Shown here: positions 14,428-26,539 of the stretch, one piece after another
Layout of the letters: each line of letters starts with the position of its first letter
Position numbering within the stretch: the stretch's first letter is position 1
From: Narcine bancroftii
Lineage: Eukaryota
Direction of reading: 5' to 3'
NCBI RefSeq assembly: GCF_036971445.1
Contig: NC_091470.1
Location: 251,906,001-251,970,000, forward strand
Length of the DNA: 64,000 nt
Translations under genes and position numbers: made by a program
The notes under the pieces: model-generated
The model's database searches: none
Told to the model about the DNA's origin: nothing
What the model saw: the letters and a program-made list of their open reading frames with translations, nothing else

Positions 14428-15029
14428 TAAGTTCTTGGTTTTCAATCCGCTCCTGTCGCTGGTCTCAAGGCAGAGCATTCACCTGAAGTGGCCTAAAGAG
14501 AATGTGCCAACTTCCATATAGTTGTACATGAGTTGCAGGAATTGAGAGACACTGCAATACCTACTGCATCTTTGTGCCACCCTATATATATATATATTGC
14601 CATTTAAGCAAACTCAACAGCTTGCATTCTAACTCATATTCATTGATCACACCATTGAGGGGCAAAGATCAGAACAGCTATGATTTTGTTGATTGGTTAA
14701 GCAAGCATGAGGAGTTGGAGAATTCACTCCTACACCCATTCTTATGGACTTAACTGAATGATGTAGAACTGTCAACCTTCAGTTTAGATCATTCTAGCTC
14801 AGTCCTTCCTTCTGAATCTTTACTCCTTCAACTCAGACCTCTTGCACATCTCCAATTTTCAGTGATTCATCAGGTCATCTTGTTGTCAGCTGCTTTTCAA
14901 AAAAAAATATAATTCACCCAATGTGGACGTTGCTAGTAAAGCCAAAATTTGGCAAGGTGGCGGTGACTTGCCTTCTTGAATCTCTGTAAGCCACTTACAT
15001 ACACCATTCCCGTATTTCAAGAGTGAAAA

Positions 15030-16210
15030 AAGATCAGAATCAGGATTTATTGTCATGAACGAGTCACAAAATTTGTTGTTTTGCAGCAGCTTCATTCTGT
15101 AAACACTCAAATAAACCACCCTACCATACATCAGATGGAAGCTCATTCCACACTAAATAAAAATTACAGCCTCAATAATAAGAGCAGGAAAAGTCAAAGT
15201 AAGACAGTTTGGTTCAGTGATCATTCAGGAATCTGATGGCAGTAGGAAAGAAGCTGTCCTTGTGCCGCTAAGTGCCTCTCTTTAGGCTCCTGTACCTTTT
15301 TCCTGATGGTAGCAGAGTGAAGAGGGCCTGGCCTGGTTGGTGGGGGTCCTTGAGGATAGAGGCTGCTTTCTTACAACACCGCCTCCTGTAGATGTCCTGG
15401 ATGGATTGAAATCTGGTGCCGAGTTAACAACCCCCTGGAGATTTTTCTTGTCCTGAGAATTGGCACCTCTGTTGGCAAGCAGCCAGAATGCTCTCCATGG
15501 TACATATGTTCAAGAGTCTTCGGTGACACACCGAATCTCCTCAAACGTCTCACAAAGCATTGCCGCTCGCAAGCCTTTGTGATTGTATCACCGTGAAGGT
15601 TTCAGGACAGATCCTTGGACGCATTGACCCCCAAAAATTTGAAGGTCTTGACCCTCTCCACTACTGAGCCCTCGATAAGAACTTGATCGGGTTCTCCTGA
15701 CTTCTTCCTGATGTCCACAATCATCTTTTTGATTCTGCTAATATTCAGCACAAGGTTGTTGGTGTGATATCACTCAACAAGCTGATCCATTTCCCTCCTG
15801 TACACTTCCTCATTGCTGTTTTGTGATTCTCCCAACAACTGTGGAGTCATTGGCAAATTTGAAGATACCATTGTCATTGTGCCTCACTCATGGGTGTATA
15901 GTAAGTAGGACAGTGGGCTAAACATGTATCCTTGGCATGCACCTGCGTTGATAGTCAATAAGGGGGAGATGTTGTTTCCAATTCATACCGACTGTGGTCT
16001 TCCGATGAGGAAGTCAAGGATCCAGTTGCAGAGGGGGGGTGCAGTCACCCAGGGTTTGGAGCTTCTTGACCAGCACTGAGGGGATAATGATGTCGAAGGC
16101 GGACCTCTAGTCTATGAAGAGCACCCTTGTGTACGAGTTGCTGTTTTCGAGGTGATCCAGAGCTTGGTGGAGAGCCAGCAATATTCTGTCTGCTATGGAG
16201 TGGTTGTGAT
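15030..16210 (-). mobile_element. Rex1/Babar-like non-LTR retrotransposon, 3' part
   Basis: Minus-strand RT remnants (RVLFID, KFANDSTVVG, LRRLRRFGVSPKTL) and an (ATCAGA)n tail at about 15032. Confidence 0.75.
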
Positions 16211-17194
16211 GCGTCAATGATGCATTTCAAAGTCAGAATGTTTACAAACTTAAAAAGGCAACATGCTGGTTCTATAGTTCCTACATGTCCTGGATGGTAG
16301 AAGTTGGAGGTATCCTTCAACACAACCTTTTACCAAATTCTTTAAGCTGTAGCTCTGTTAAATTTTCATCCACAACACATAAATGCAATGTTATTGCAAA
16401 GCCATTTTTCTCTTATAAATTATGTTACTATAGTCCATGTAAATACAGATAAAATATATCCCAGCCTATTACTTGAATTATATTCTTGGAAATAAAAGAT
16501 TTACTGTGAAGGTATGAGAATGTTTCAAATTTTCTTTGATGGTCTGTCCTGGGAAGCAGCAGCCAAAGACAGCATTTTGCTTGGAAATAGTTAAATGTAC
16601 AAGCTCCTTGCACTGATGTCCCATTGGGATCTTGTAATAACTAAAGGTCATGAGGTGGAACTATATCATGGTTCTGCAAGTTGATAATGTGAACATGTAT
16701 TGTTCTCATATAAATCCCAAGTAATATGCTGGGTTTTTTTTAATGGAAAAATAAATCCATCCCCTTCCTTCTCGCACCATATATGCCCTTTTCCATCAAT
16801 ACTCCACACCACATCAGATCCCCCAAACACACCCTTTTCCTCACAACCCCAAACTCCTCAACAATCTTTCTCAGGCTAAGCTCCCTACACAATCCCCTCA
16901 ACCCTTGATCCATGACGCACAACCCACTTCCATCCCTCTTCTCTCCTAGACACACAAGGCCCTTCAAGCTGCCGTGTGAAATGGGATTAACCGGGCAATT
17001 TGCCTGGTTAAGGCTCCACTCACACAGGAGGTTGAAAGGATCCAACCGGTCAGGGTCGTCATAATTCAACCGGGTCCCTGCCTACATAGGAGGCAGTCAG
17101 GGAACCCAGTAATACTCACCAAGGTCAAGTCCTTCTGCACCTTGAAACCCAGTCTTACTGACCCACACCCATTCACTCTCCCTCCCCCCCAGTG

Positions 17195-18850
17195 TCACTG
17201 ACCCGCACCCTCTCCCCAACTCAATGACCCACACCCTCTCCCCATCTCAATGACTCACACCCTCTCCCCATCACAATGACCCACACCCTCTCCCCATCTC
17301 AATGACCCACACCCTCTCCCCATCTCAATGACCCACACCCTCTCCCCATCTCAATGACCCACACCCTCTCCCCATCTCAATGACCCACACCCTCTCCCCA
17401 TCTCAATGACCCAACCCTCTCCCCATCTCAATGACCCACACCCTCTCCCCATCTCACTGACCCACACCCTCTCCCCATCTCACTGACCCACACCCTCTCC
17501 CCATCTCAATGACCCACACCCTCTCTCCATCTCAATGACCCACACCCTCTCTCCATCTCAATGACCCACACCCTCTCCCCATCTCAATGACCCACACCCT
17601 CTCCCCATCTCAATGACCCACACCCTCTCCCCATCTCAATGACCCACACCCTCTCCCCATCTCAATGACCCACACCCTCTCCCCATCTCAATGACTCACA
17701 CCCTCTCCCCATCTCAATGACCCACACCCTCTCCCCATCTCAATGACCCAACCCTCTCCCCATCTCAATGACCCAACCCTCTCCCCATCTCAATGACCCA
17801 ACCCTCTCCCCATCTCAATGGCCCACACCCTCTCTCCATCTCACTGACCCACACCCTCTCCCCATCTCAATGACCCACACCCTCTCCCCATCTCAATGAC
17901 CCACACCCTCTCTCCATCTCAATGACCCACACCCTCTCTCCATCTCAATGACCCACACCCTCTCTCCATCTCAATGACCCACACCCTCTCTCCATCTCAA
18001 TGACCCACACCCTCTCCCCATCTCACTGACCCACACCCTCTCCCCATCTCAATGACCCACACCCTCTCTCCATCTCAATGACCCACACCCTCTCTCCATC
18101 TCAATGACCCACACCCTCTCCCCATCTCACTGACCCACACCCTCTCCCCATTTCAATGACCCACACCCTCTCTCCATCTCAATGACCCACACCCTCTCCC
18201 CATCTCAATGGCCCACACCCTCTCTCCATCTCACTGACCCACACCCTCTCCCCATCTCAATGACCCACACCCTCTCCCCATCTCAATGACCCACACCCTC
18301 TCTCCATCTCAATGACCCACACCCTCTCTCCATCTCAATGACCCACACCCTCTCTCCATCTCAATGACCCACACCCTCTCTCCATCTCAATGACCCACAC
18401 CCTCTCCCCATCTCACTGACCCACACCCTCTCCCCATCTCAATGACCCACACCCTCTCTCCATCTCAATGACCCACACCCTCTCTCCATCTCAATGACCC
18501 ACACCCTCTCCCCATCTCACTGACCCACACCCTCTCCCCATTTCAATGACCCACACCCTCTCTCCATCTCAATGACCCACACCCTCTCTCCATCTCAATG
18601 ACCCACACCCTCTCTCCATCTCAATGACCCACACCCTCTCTCCATCTCAATGACCCACACCCTCTCTCCATCTCAATGACCCACACCCTCTCCCCATCTC
18701 ACTGACCCACACCCTCTCTCCATCTCAATGACCCACACCCTCTCTCCATCTCAATGACCCACACCCTCTCTCCATCTCACTGACCCACACCCTCTCCCCA
18801 TCTCACTGACCCACACCCTCTCCCCATCTCAATGACCCACACCCTCTCCC
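17195..18850. repeat. 26-bp minisatellite, about 64 copies, consensus CCACACCCTCTCCCCATCTCAATGAC
   Basis: Directly visible head-to-tail repeat with no spacers. Variants include CAATG/CACTG and TCCCC/TCTCC. Confidence 0.97.
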
Positions 18851-18869
18851 TCCCCATCCTAACTACCAC

Positions 18870-19240
18870 CCTAGCCCCGGTCTCACTGCCGACCATCCCG
18901 CCGTCCTCACTCCCCCCTGCCCTTTGCCGAAACCTCACTCGTCGCACTTTTTTTCCTCCCCTTGCCACCGCAGCCGTCTCACTCACCCAGGCCCATCTCC
19001 TCTCTAATTGACGTTCATGTACCAGCCGCCAGATCTTCCCGCTGCGCATGCGGCCTTTTCAGAGACGCCGCCGCAGGGTCTTCACGCCCTCCCGTCACGG
19101 AAACGAACGCGGATGAGCAGAGGCTCCGGGCTGAAGACACACAGGAGATTGCCGGTGCTGGGATCGGAAGCGAGTGGAAGTGTGCGGGTCGAACAGCATC
19201 CGTGGGAGAAGAGTAAGCGGCTGCATTTCGTGCGGAGCTG
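18870..19240. promoter_or_regulatory. Orphan CpG-island promoter with a candidate minus-strand first exon ending at 18987
   Basis: CpG-dense. NRF1-like TGCGCATGCG at 19043-19052, TGACGT at 19009, CGGAA(A/G) ETS cores at 19098 and 19165, and a minus-strand donor TGG|GTGAGT at 18986-18981. Confidence 0.6.
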
Positions 19241-19629
19241 GGATCTCTGTCCATCACATGAAGTTACTCTCAAGGTGTTTTCCTTCTCAATGGATTTTTA
19301 TGGCTTTAGTCGATTTTTATTTCTAACACGGCTCGGCTGATTTGATGGATCATTTTTGGGAGGAAAAGGCAGGTATTTAATAGTAATCAGGCCATAAGAT
19401 CGCCTTTGGACCTCATCACTCTGGCATCTAACTGCAGTTCAATTACAGGTTATCTGCGGTGCCCGCGGAAGAGTGAAAATTGATTTTGAGAGAAAACTTG
19501 CATGTATTACCATAAACCAAACAAGTTTCTATGGCGATGGGTGAGGTGGGTGTGGAACATCAAGACCATGATTCGTTATCAATTTACCAGCCTCAGAGAA
19601 ACAGCAAATGTGTTATCAGAAGTAAATCA

Positions 19630-20710
19630 CAAAATTCTGTAGATACCGTGGATGAAGTAAAAGCATAGGATGCTGGAGCAGCAAAGGCAAAGATGCATCA
19701 CCAAAGTTTCGGCATTGAGCCCTCCATCAAAGTATGAGAAGATGCTGGAACAAAATGGGGGGGGGGGGTGTTGGCAAAGGCAGGAGATGATGGGTGGAGA
19801 AAGGAGACAGCAGCAATGAGAGGGGGGGGGGAATGGCTGGGCTGAGTGAAAGAACTGGAAGTACAGGAAAGGGGAAAGAAAAGAATTAGCAGGTTTAAAG
19901 GAAAGCAATAATGTCCATGCCAATGTGGCTGGAGGGAGCCCATACAGAAAATAAGGGGTTGTTCCTCCAATCTGCGGGTGGTCAGGGTGGGACAGTACAT
20001 ATGGCCATGGACAGACACGAGTGTGACCTCGAATTGAAATGGTTACCCACTGGGAGATCGCTGTGGTTGCGATCGGAGAGGGGGTGCTGAACGAAGCGAT
20101 CTCCCAATCTTTAAGATGTAAAGAATGCAGTAAATAAGTCCTCTGGATGTACAAGTGTTGCTTCAGGTGAAAAGCCTGTTTGGAGCCCCGGACCGTGATG
20201 AGAGAGGAAGTGTGGGCACAAGTGTTGTACCTCCTGCGGGCTCAGGGGAAGGTGCCGGGGGGGGGGGGGGATGAATGCACGAAGGAATTACGGAGGGAGC
20301 AGTCCCTGTGGAAGGACGAGAGGGGAGAAGGAAAAATGTGTCTGATAAGATCATGTAGTAAGTGCTGGAAATACCCACGGATAATATGTTGGATGCGGTG
20401 GCTGTTGGGGTGACAGGTGAGTGGGGGGGGATTCTATGTTTGTTGCGTTTGGGGGCAGAGGGGGCCAGGACAGATGAGTGAGAAATGGAGGAGATGCAGG
20501 GTGAGGGCTGAGTTGATAGAGGTGGAGGGGAATCCATGTTTGTGGAAGAAGACTGACATTTTAGAAGCTCTGGACTGGAAGACCTCATCTTGGGAACAGA
20601 TGCGGCAGAGAAAGACATTGAAAGAAGGGAATGGAATCCTTGCAGAGGGACGGGTGTGAGGAAGTGTTGTCCAGGTAGTTGTGGGAGTTGGAGGGTTTGT
20701 AGTATGTTGT
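19630..20710 (-). mobile_element. Penelope-like retroelement fragment (GIY-YIG end and terminal repeat region)
   Basis: Minus strand gives TTRRLEEQPLIFCMGSLQP, with a pyrimidine-rich 3' region and the shared end motif ...GAGGGCTCAATGCCGAAAC...CTCCAGCATC. Confidence 0.75.
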
Positions 20711-21080
20711 ATCAGTCTTCACCATGGACAATACTGAAAATATTCCTAGCTAACAAATAAAAATCCCAAAATAGTTTACCAAGAAACGATGTTTACACAT
20801 TTAAATCCAGCCTAAATAGTTATTTTCTATCATTCAGCAATTGAAATAACCCAACCACAAGATAAACAAAACACGGTAGATGCTGGAAATCTAAGATTAA
20901 TGAATAACATTGAACAAAGAAGACTTTGCTTCCTGAAAACTTTTGTGTGCATTTTATGGATTTTGGGTTGCTGATCACAAAAATCACCTTAAAATCTTCT
21001 TATCACATGCCTTTGTTTTAAAAAAAAGTAAAATATGACAGCACATAACAAAAATAGGTTTTAAGTGTATATTGCCCACA

Positions 21081-21586
21081 AACCATATAACCATATAACC
21101 ACTTACAGCACAGAACAGGCCAGTTCGGCTACTAGTCCATGCCATAGCAAATCCCCACCCTCCTAGTCCCACTGACCAGCACCCAGTCCATACCCCTCTA
21201 GTCCCCTCCTATCCATGTAACGATCCAGTCTTTCCTTAAATGTAACCAATGATCCCGCCTCGACCACGTCTGGCGGAAGCTCATTCCACATCCCCACCAC
21301 CCTCTGCGTAAAGAAATTTCCCCTCATGTTCCCCTTATAATTTCCCCCTTCAATCTTAAACCATGTCCTCTAGTTTGAATCTCCCCCTTTCTTAATTGAA
21401 AAAGCCTATCCACATTTACTCTGTCTGTCCCTTTTAAAATCCTAATCACCTCTATCAAGTCCCCTCTCAATCTTCTACGTTCCAGAGAAAAAAAGCCCCA
21501 GTCTGCACAACCTTTCCTTGTAACTCAGACCCTGAAATTCTGTCAACATTCTCGTGAACCTTCTCTGCACTCTCTCTATTTTGTTT
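21081..21586 (-). mobile_element. CR1 LINE 3' end nested in the Chapaev-like element
   Basis: (AACCATAT)n tail at 21081, and minus-strand RRLRGDLIEVIRILKGTDRV...TRGHGLRL..NFFTQRVVGMWNELP. Confidence 0.88.
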
Positions 21587-21775
21587 TGGTCAGTCCAAGC
21601 ATACCTGGGCTTACACTCAGTGCAGGTGCAAAATAAAGATTGTCTAAGACCTGAACATGCTTGGAAAGCATTTAAAGATGTTGAGAATTTTTTTTTTTTT
21701 TGAAACTACAGATCACTAAACTACACCCAGCTGATTGTCAACATCCTGCAAGCATACATATCGATGAAGTGCAAC

Positions 21776-22724
21776 AAATTTCCCCACTTCAAAACAATCT
21801 TCATCTTTTTAAATCCCTGGTTGTTTCCATATCTTCAAAATCTAAATATTAATAGTAGAAGTAAAAAGCTTATTTTGATATAAAGGCATTTTTGATGAAA
21901 TCTTACCTTTTCTACCTATCTCATAATCATTTTTATTCCACATTTCAATTAAGTACTTCAATATTGGTGGATCTCTACCAATTAACAATTCTGAATTCCA
22001 TTTATAGATAAATTCTTGCATACACTTCTCATCAATTTTAGCCAACTCTATATTTCCCCAAACTGAGGATTTATTTAAGTCAAACATTCCTCTAATAAAT
22101 TTCAATTGTGCAGCTTTATAATTCTGAAAATGTGGAAGTTGTAAGCAACCTAATTCAAATTTCCAAGTTAATTTCTTCAAGGATACTCTAACCATTTTAT
22201 AACAATTGAATTGAGATCTTTGAAAACTTTTTTGAGGTATTGGACAAGGAATAGACTGAAAAAGATATTGAATCCTTGGAAAAATATTCATTTTAATACA
22301 ATTCACTCTATTAAAATTATAGGTAAATCATTCCACCTACTTAAGTCATCTTTAATTTTATTAAATAACAGTAGTTTAACATATAAAGTATCTAAATTTC
22401 TATCAATTTTAATACTTAAATATTTAATCAGATTTTGTGTCCATTTAAATTGAGCAATTTTTATAAAAGTATGGAGACCAGATTTAAAAATCCTTGGTTT
22501 GAAGATTTGATCTTCCAATCTGTTCTGGTGTGGTGTCTTGTTTTTCACAGCTGAATAGTTGAATATTTGTAAATAATGGTCTCCTTTCTTTTTAGTGGAT
22601 AGATATAGGGGGAGGGGGAGAGAGAGGTTTGTGGGGGTTTTACTTATATATTTTCTGTATATGAATTTATTATAATCAATGTTGTTATGGTTTTTAAAAT
22701 TTTAAATAAAATATTAAAAAAAAA
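21776..22724. mobile_element. 5'-truncated, partly inverted L1 insertion
   Basis: ORF2 piece on the minus strand at 21776-22455 (NCIKMNIFPRIQYLFQSIP...). ORF2 C-terminus FIKVWRPDLKILGLKI* (22460-22510), 3' UTR, AATAAA (22705) and A-tail (22716-22724) are on the plus strand. Confidence 0.82.
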
Positions 22725-23414
22725 GGAAATTCATTTTCTGCATTCAGACTTGGACTTCTTCCTTGCTGAACTTGGGGTAGTCAGTGATGAACCTGATAAA
22801 AGGTTTCACCAGGACATTGCAACCATGGAAAAGTGCTATCAGAGCAAATGGTGTCCTTGAATGCAGGCTGACATTTGCTGGACACTGACACAAGAGACAT
22901 CAGATGCTGAGTACAGATGAAAATCATTTTTAGATCAGTGGAATGAACACAATGTGTCAGCATCATTGTGCAATTAAACATGCTCCCTTCACTAAAAGTT
23001 AATGTTTCTCCAACGTCCTATGTGATACAGAAAATCCCAAACTATATTTGTGTTAATCTTAGTTTATCATAATCCCAATTTTTTTTCAGAGGCAAACCTT
23101 TTGAAACAAAATTGTTGTCCAGTATAATCGCCGCATGTTTTTGAAGGGTGAAAGGAAACTAGAGCTCGGAGGAAACCCATACACAGGGAGAACACACAAA
23201 CTCCTACAGATAGCAATGGATTCAAACCAGTGTCACATGTGCTTTAATAACGTTGCGCTAACCACTACACTAACCGTGCTGCCAATTCCTGCTATGTTTG
23301 TTTCAAATTTTCAGCAGTTCTTTTATTTTGCTTTTTGAAAGCAGCAACACGAATAAAGGGACTCTAAAGAAGTTCAATGATTATTGAGATCAACTTCAAC
23401 GAAGGTTAGATAAT

Positions 23415-24095
23415 GTACACATTCCCAGGTCATTTATAAAAATCACAAGGACTAGAGATCCCAGAACAGATTCGCATGGAATTTCACTTGTCGCTGTGCT
23501 CCAGGCAGAATATGTTCCATCTATTACTACGCTTTGCTTTCTACAAGTAAGCCAATTCTGAATCCACAAGGCCAAGGTTCCATGGATCTCATGCCTCATG
23601 ACTTCCTGAACGAGTCTACCATGCAGGACCTTGTCAAATACCTTACTAAATCCATATGCACAAAATCTACTGCCCTACTTTCATCAATTTGTTTTGTTAC
23701 TTCTGCAAAAAAATTCAATTATGCTGTGAGGCACGACCTGCTCTTCATAAAGCCATGCTAAATTTTCTTGAGCAGATTATGGTTCTGTAGATGCTTGTAA
23801 ATCCTGACCCTAAGAATCCTTTCCAAGAGTTTGCATATCATTGACATAAGATTAATGATTTATAATTCCCAGGATTCTCCCTACTACCTTTACATGCCAT
23901 TCTCCAACCCAATGTACCTCCCCTATAGGGAGGATGCAAAGATCTTTGCTAATGTCCTGGCTGGTCCTATTTTTAAGAAGGTCTTGCATGTCCTCTTAAC
24001 TTCAACTTACTCCAGCACAAAAGCTTGTTCTATATTGACTTCACATTGTTCAAGTTCCCTTTCTCTGGTGAACATAAGCTAAGTATTTGTTTAGG
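23415..24095 (-). mobile_element. CR1 LINE RT fragment
   Basis: Minus strand gives HEIHGTLALWIQNWLTCRKQSVVIDG..SVLGSLVLVIFINDL. Confidence 0.8.
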
Positions 24096-24104
24096 ACAGT
24101 GACC

Positions 24105-24302
24105 AAAATCAACTGTTTGAAACATCATCAAGAAGAAAGAGCAGACTAATGATCTCAGTGATCGGAAGGGGACTGGTGGGCCAGGAAGACTCCACTGCTG
24201 ATGACAGAAGAATTCTCATCATAATGAAGAAAAGTCCCCAAGTGCCTGTCTGACAGATCAGAAACATCCTTCAGGAGGCAGGTGCGGATGTGTCAATGAC
24301 TT
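24105..24302 (+). mobile_element. Tc1/mariner transposase fragment (HTH region)
   Basis: STV.NIIKKKEQT..LSDRKGTGGP..ADDRRILIIMKKSPQ..QIRNILQEAGADVSMT resembles the Tc1 DNA-binding region. Confidence 0.65.
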
Positions 24303-25546
24303 TTTAGGCAGAGAAGAGGGCGCACAAAATCGGTGAACCGGTGTGGACTCGAAAGGCCTGTTTCCGCTCCGTAAATGGTTAGATGGTTATTGACAACCCA
24401 GTCACTGTTGATTATGCTCCCTCCCTCGCTGGTATGCATATAACCACTGATTATAATCAGTGCTCAAGCAGCAGCTGTAGAGAACTGATATTTTTGTGTT
24501 GATCAGAAACTTAGCAAAAGGTCATTGATCTGAAACATTAATTCAGTTTTGCTTGCCACAAAACTATCACACCCATGTACTTTCAGCATTTTACTCCCAA
24601 TAACTCAACGTGTTCAGGTTACACAAGGGAATTGTGCATCTTTTTTCATCTCACTTTCATTTTTTTTTAGAAAAAAAAGACAGAATTTGACCACAAATTG
24701 TGATTTTGCAATTTGGCATTCCTAAGGGTTTAGTAATTATGGATCTGATCCCTATTATTAGATTAATTCCCCACCGCACCCCCATAAGATTCTCTCATTA
24801 CAGAAAATATGTCTTGGGTTTGTTAGAACCACTACATAATCTGTATAGTCATGCAAGACTCTACTATCCATCTCTAAAATTCCCTTTGCAAAATAAATAG
24901 AGGGTATGTAGTTTTAGATAAAAAAAATCAACATTGCAAATTCTATGCTCAATATATTATCTAAAGGATTTTTTGATAACAATCCCCTGTAACATTTATA
25001 AAAACATTTGTTTTCTTCTGAATCCTATCCATAACTTTGTGGGATTACTTATTAGTATGGTAAACAACAGCTGAAAATACTAATAATAGTATATTTATAT
25101 TGAGGGACTCTTTATAATCTACATCTTCAGAAAACCAGGTACCATATGGCAAAATACAAAAACATAGGTGGCTTGTAAAAGCAACTAATATACAACTTCT
25201 GTTGGGAATAGAGATGATGACATTTGCTTTTCCAATCACTTTATCAGAGCAACATTTAAACAATCCATCAGTCATGAGCCATTCTTCTTGTATAATTTTA
25301 CTTGTATATCCAAAAGGCACAATCTATCATGATTGAAATCACTAACTAAAAATATAATTTATTACCATATTTAGGTCACAGAAATGTAAGGAAAGTTACG
25401 ATGGCAAATAGTCAAAAGTTTCTTCAAAGGACAAGAGAAAACAGACAAACACAATTTTCCAATCGAGTAGCACAAGGCAAAAATAAAACAATGAGGTATC
25501 CAGTGCAAATGTTAAAGCAGAAATGAAATTGAAAAAATACTGATAT

Positions 25547-25552
25547 TTTATT
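25547..25552 (-). terminator. Candidate polyadenylation signal of txnl4a (a second AATAAA lies at 25358-25363)
   Basis: AATAAA on the minus strand about 64 nt after the stop codon. Confidence 0.45.
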
Positions 25553-25615
25553 TACAATGGTAAAAATCCAGGATGAAGTACGTGGCAAATTGTTCAATGG
25601 TGCATGCACAAGATC

Positions 25616-25787
25616 TCAATATCTGTATTTTGTAGAGTAGTCTTTTGGAGAAACCACAAGACCCCGTCCCTTGCGAGCTCCTCTGTAAACTGTTTCAACA
25701 ATATCAATCATCTCCTGCTTGTCTTCCATTGGCCAATTAATTTTGTTGTTGTTGCCCGTGCCCAAATCAATCATGATGTGCTTGTTT
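25616..25787 (-). CDS. txnl4a: Thioredoxin-like protein 4A (Dim1, U5-15K), last coding exon
   Basis: Acceptor TTTTCAG at 25788. Translates (R)NKHIMIDLGTGNNNKINWPMEDKQEMIDIVETVYRGARKGRGLVVSPKDYSTKYRY*, with TGA at 25618-25616; 172 nt. Confidence 0.98.
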
Positions 25788-26539
25788 CTGAAAAGAACAA
25801 AAATTTGTCAAGGATTTTTTTTTTAAACTTTCTGCTGTTTAAGTGATAGCAAAGGAAATAGCTGCTTTAATATTTTTTTCAATTCCCCAGTTACACAAAT
25901 GAGAGACAGGATCTCCGATAACCTATAAGTTGGGCACATACTACACTCATCCATATGTGAATCACAATGTATAGAGTCTGCAAATCTCAGATTAAATGAA
26001 AGTATTGTTTTTTATTTACCACTCCCTGGATCAAAGGAGAAACAACTAACCATTTAATTTACTGAAAATGCACATGTAAATGCAAGATGAGTGGTAACTT
26101 TATCTACAATAAAACACCCAAAATTCACTGGGCAAAATATGGTATACTGAAGGTAGAGTTGCAAAGGATTAAAATGTTGTAGAAGGGAGATACAAAAAAA
26201 AACTTATTTGAATATGTTTGCATGAAGTAAAAAAATTACAAGAGTATTATTTTTGAGTTGTCCAATTCTTCAGGACTGAGTTAAAGTTCAAGTCCTGAAA
26301 TAACATGGCACTGAAATGAATGAACAAAGTTTATCATTAACTCTCAGAACACCTCCAAACATCTGATTCATGGATACATGTTACAAGTAGATAGTATTCC
26401 TGTTGAAGAGTAACCATTATGATGTAACAGTGCTGAACCTTGGCATGCATTTCTATGTATGAATTAGATAGAAAAATCAGTCGGCCAGTAATCATAGATT
26501 ACTCCATGACTATCTATGTCCACTTTGAGAGAAACCACC

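Larger units (their letters stand above)
20908..23124 (+). mobile_element. Non-autonomous Chapaev3-like DNA transposon retaining the transposase C-terminus, carrying nested CR1 and L1 insertions
   Basis: Termini CATTGAACAA...TTGTCCAGTA, with TAA duplicated at 20905-20907 and 23125-23127. Remnant AWKAFKDV..NYTQLIVNILQAYISMKCN (21660-21775) resumes as IHFLHSDLDFFLAELGVVSDEPDKRFHQDIATMEK..W..ADICWTL (22730-22890). Confidence 0.8.

Noticed and set aside
14777-14875. Possible C/D-box snoRNA on the minus strand (TGATGA ... several CTGA)
   Set aside because: Box C lacks the leading purine, the terminal stem is weak and I recognise no rRNA-complementary guide. An Rfam or snoscan search would be needed.
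17195-18850. CRISPR-like array
   Set aside because: Units are head-to-tail with no unique spacers, there are no cas genes, and the context is vertebrate. It is a minisatellite.
19112-19212. Plus-strand ATG exon (MSRGSGLKTH...) as HSBP1L1 exon 1
   Set aside because: No similarity to HSBP1-family coiled coils. The DNA resembles the Penelope-associated terminal motif seen elsewhere in the window.
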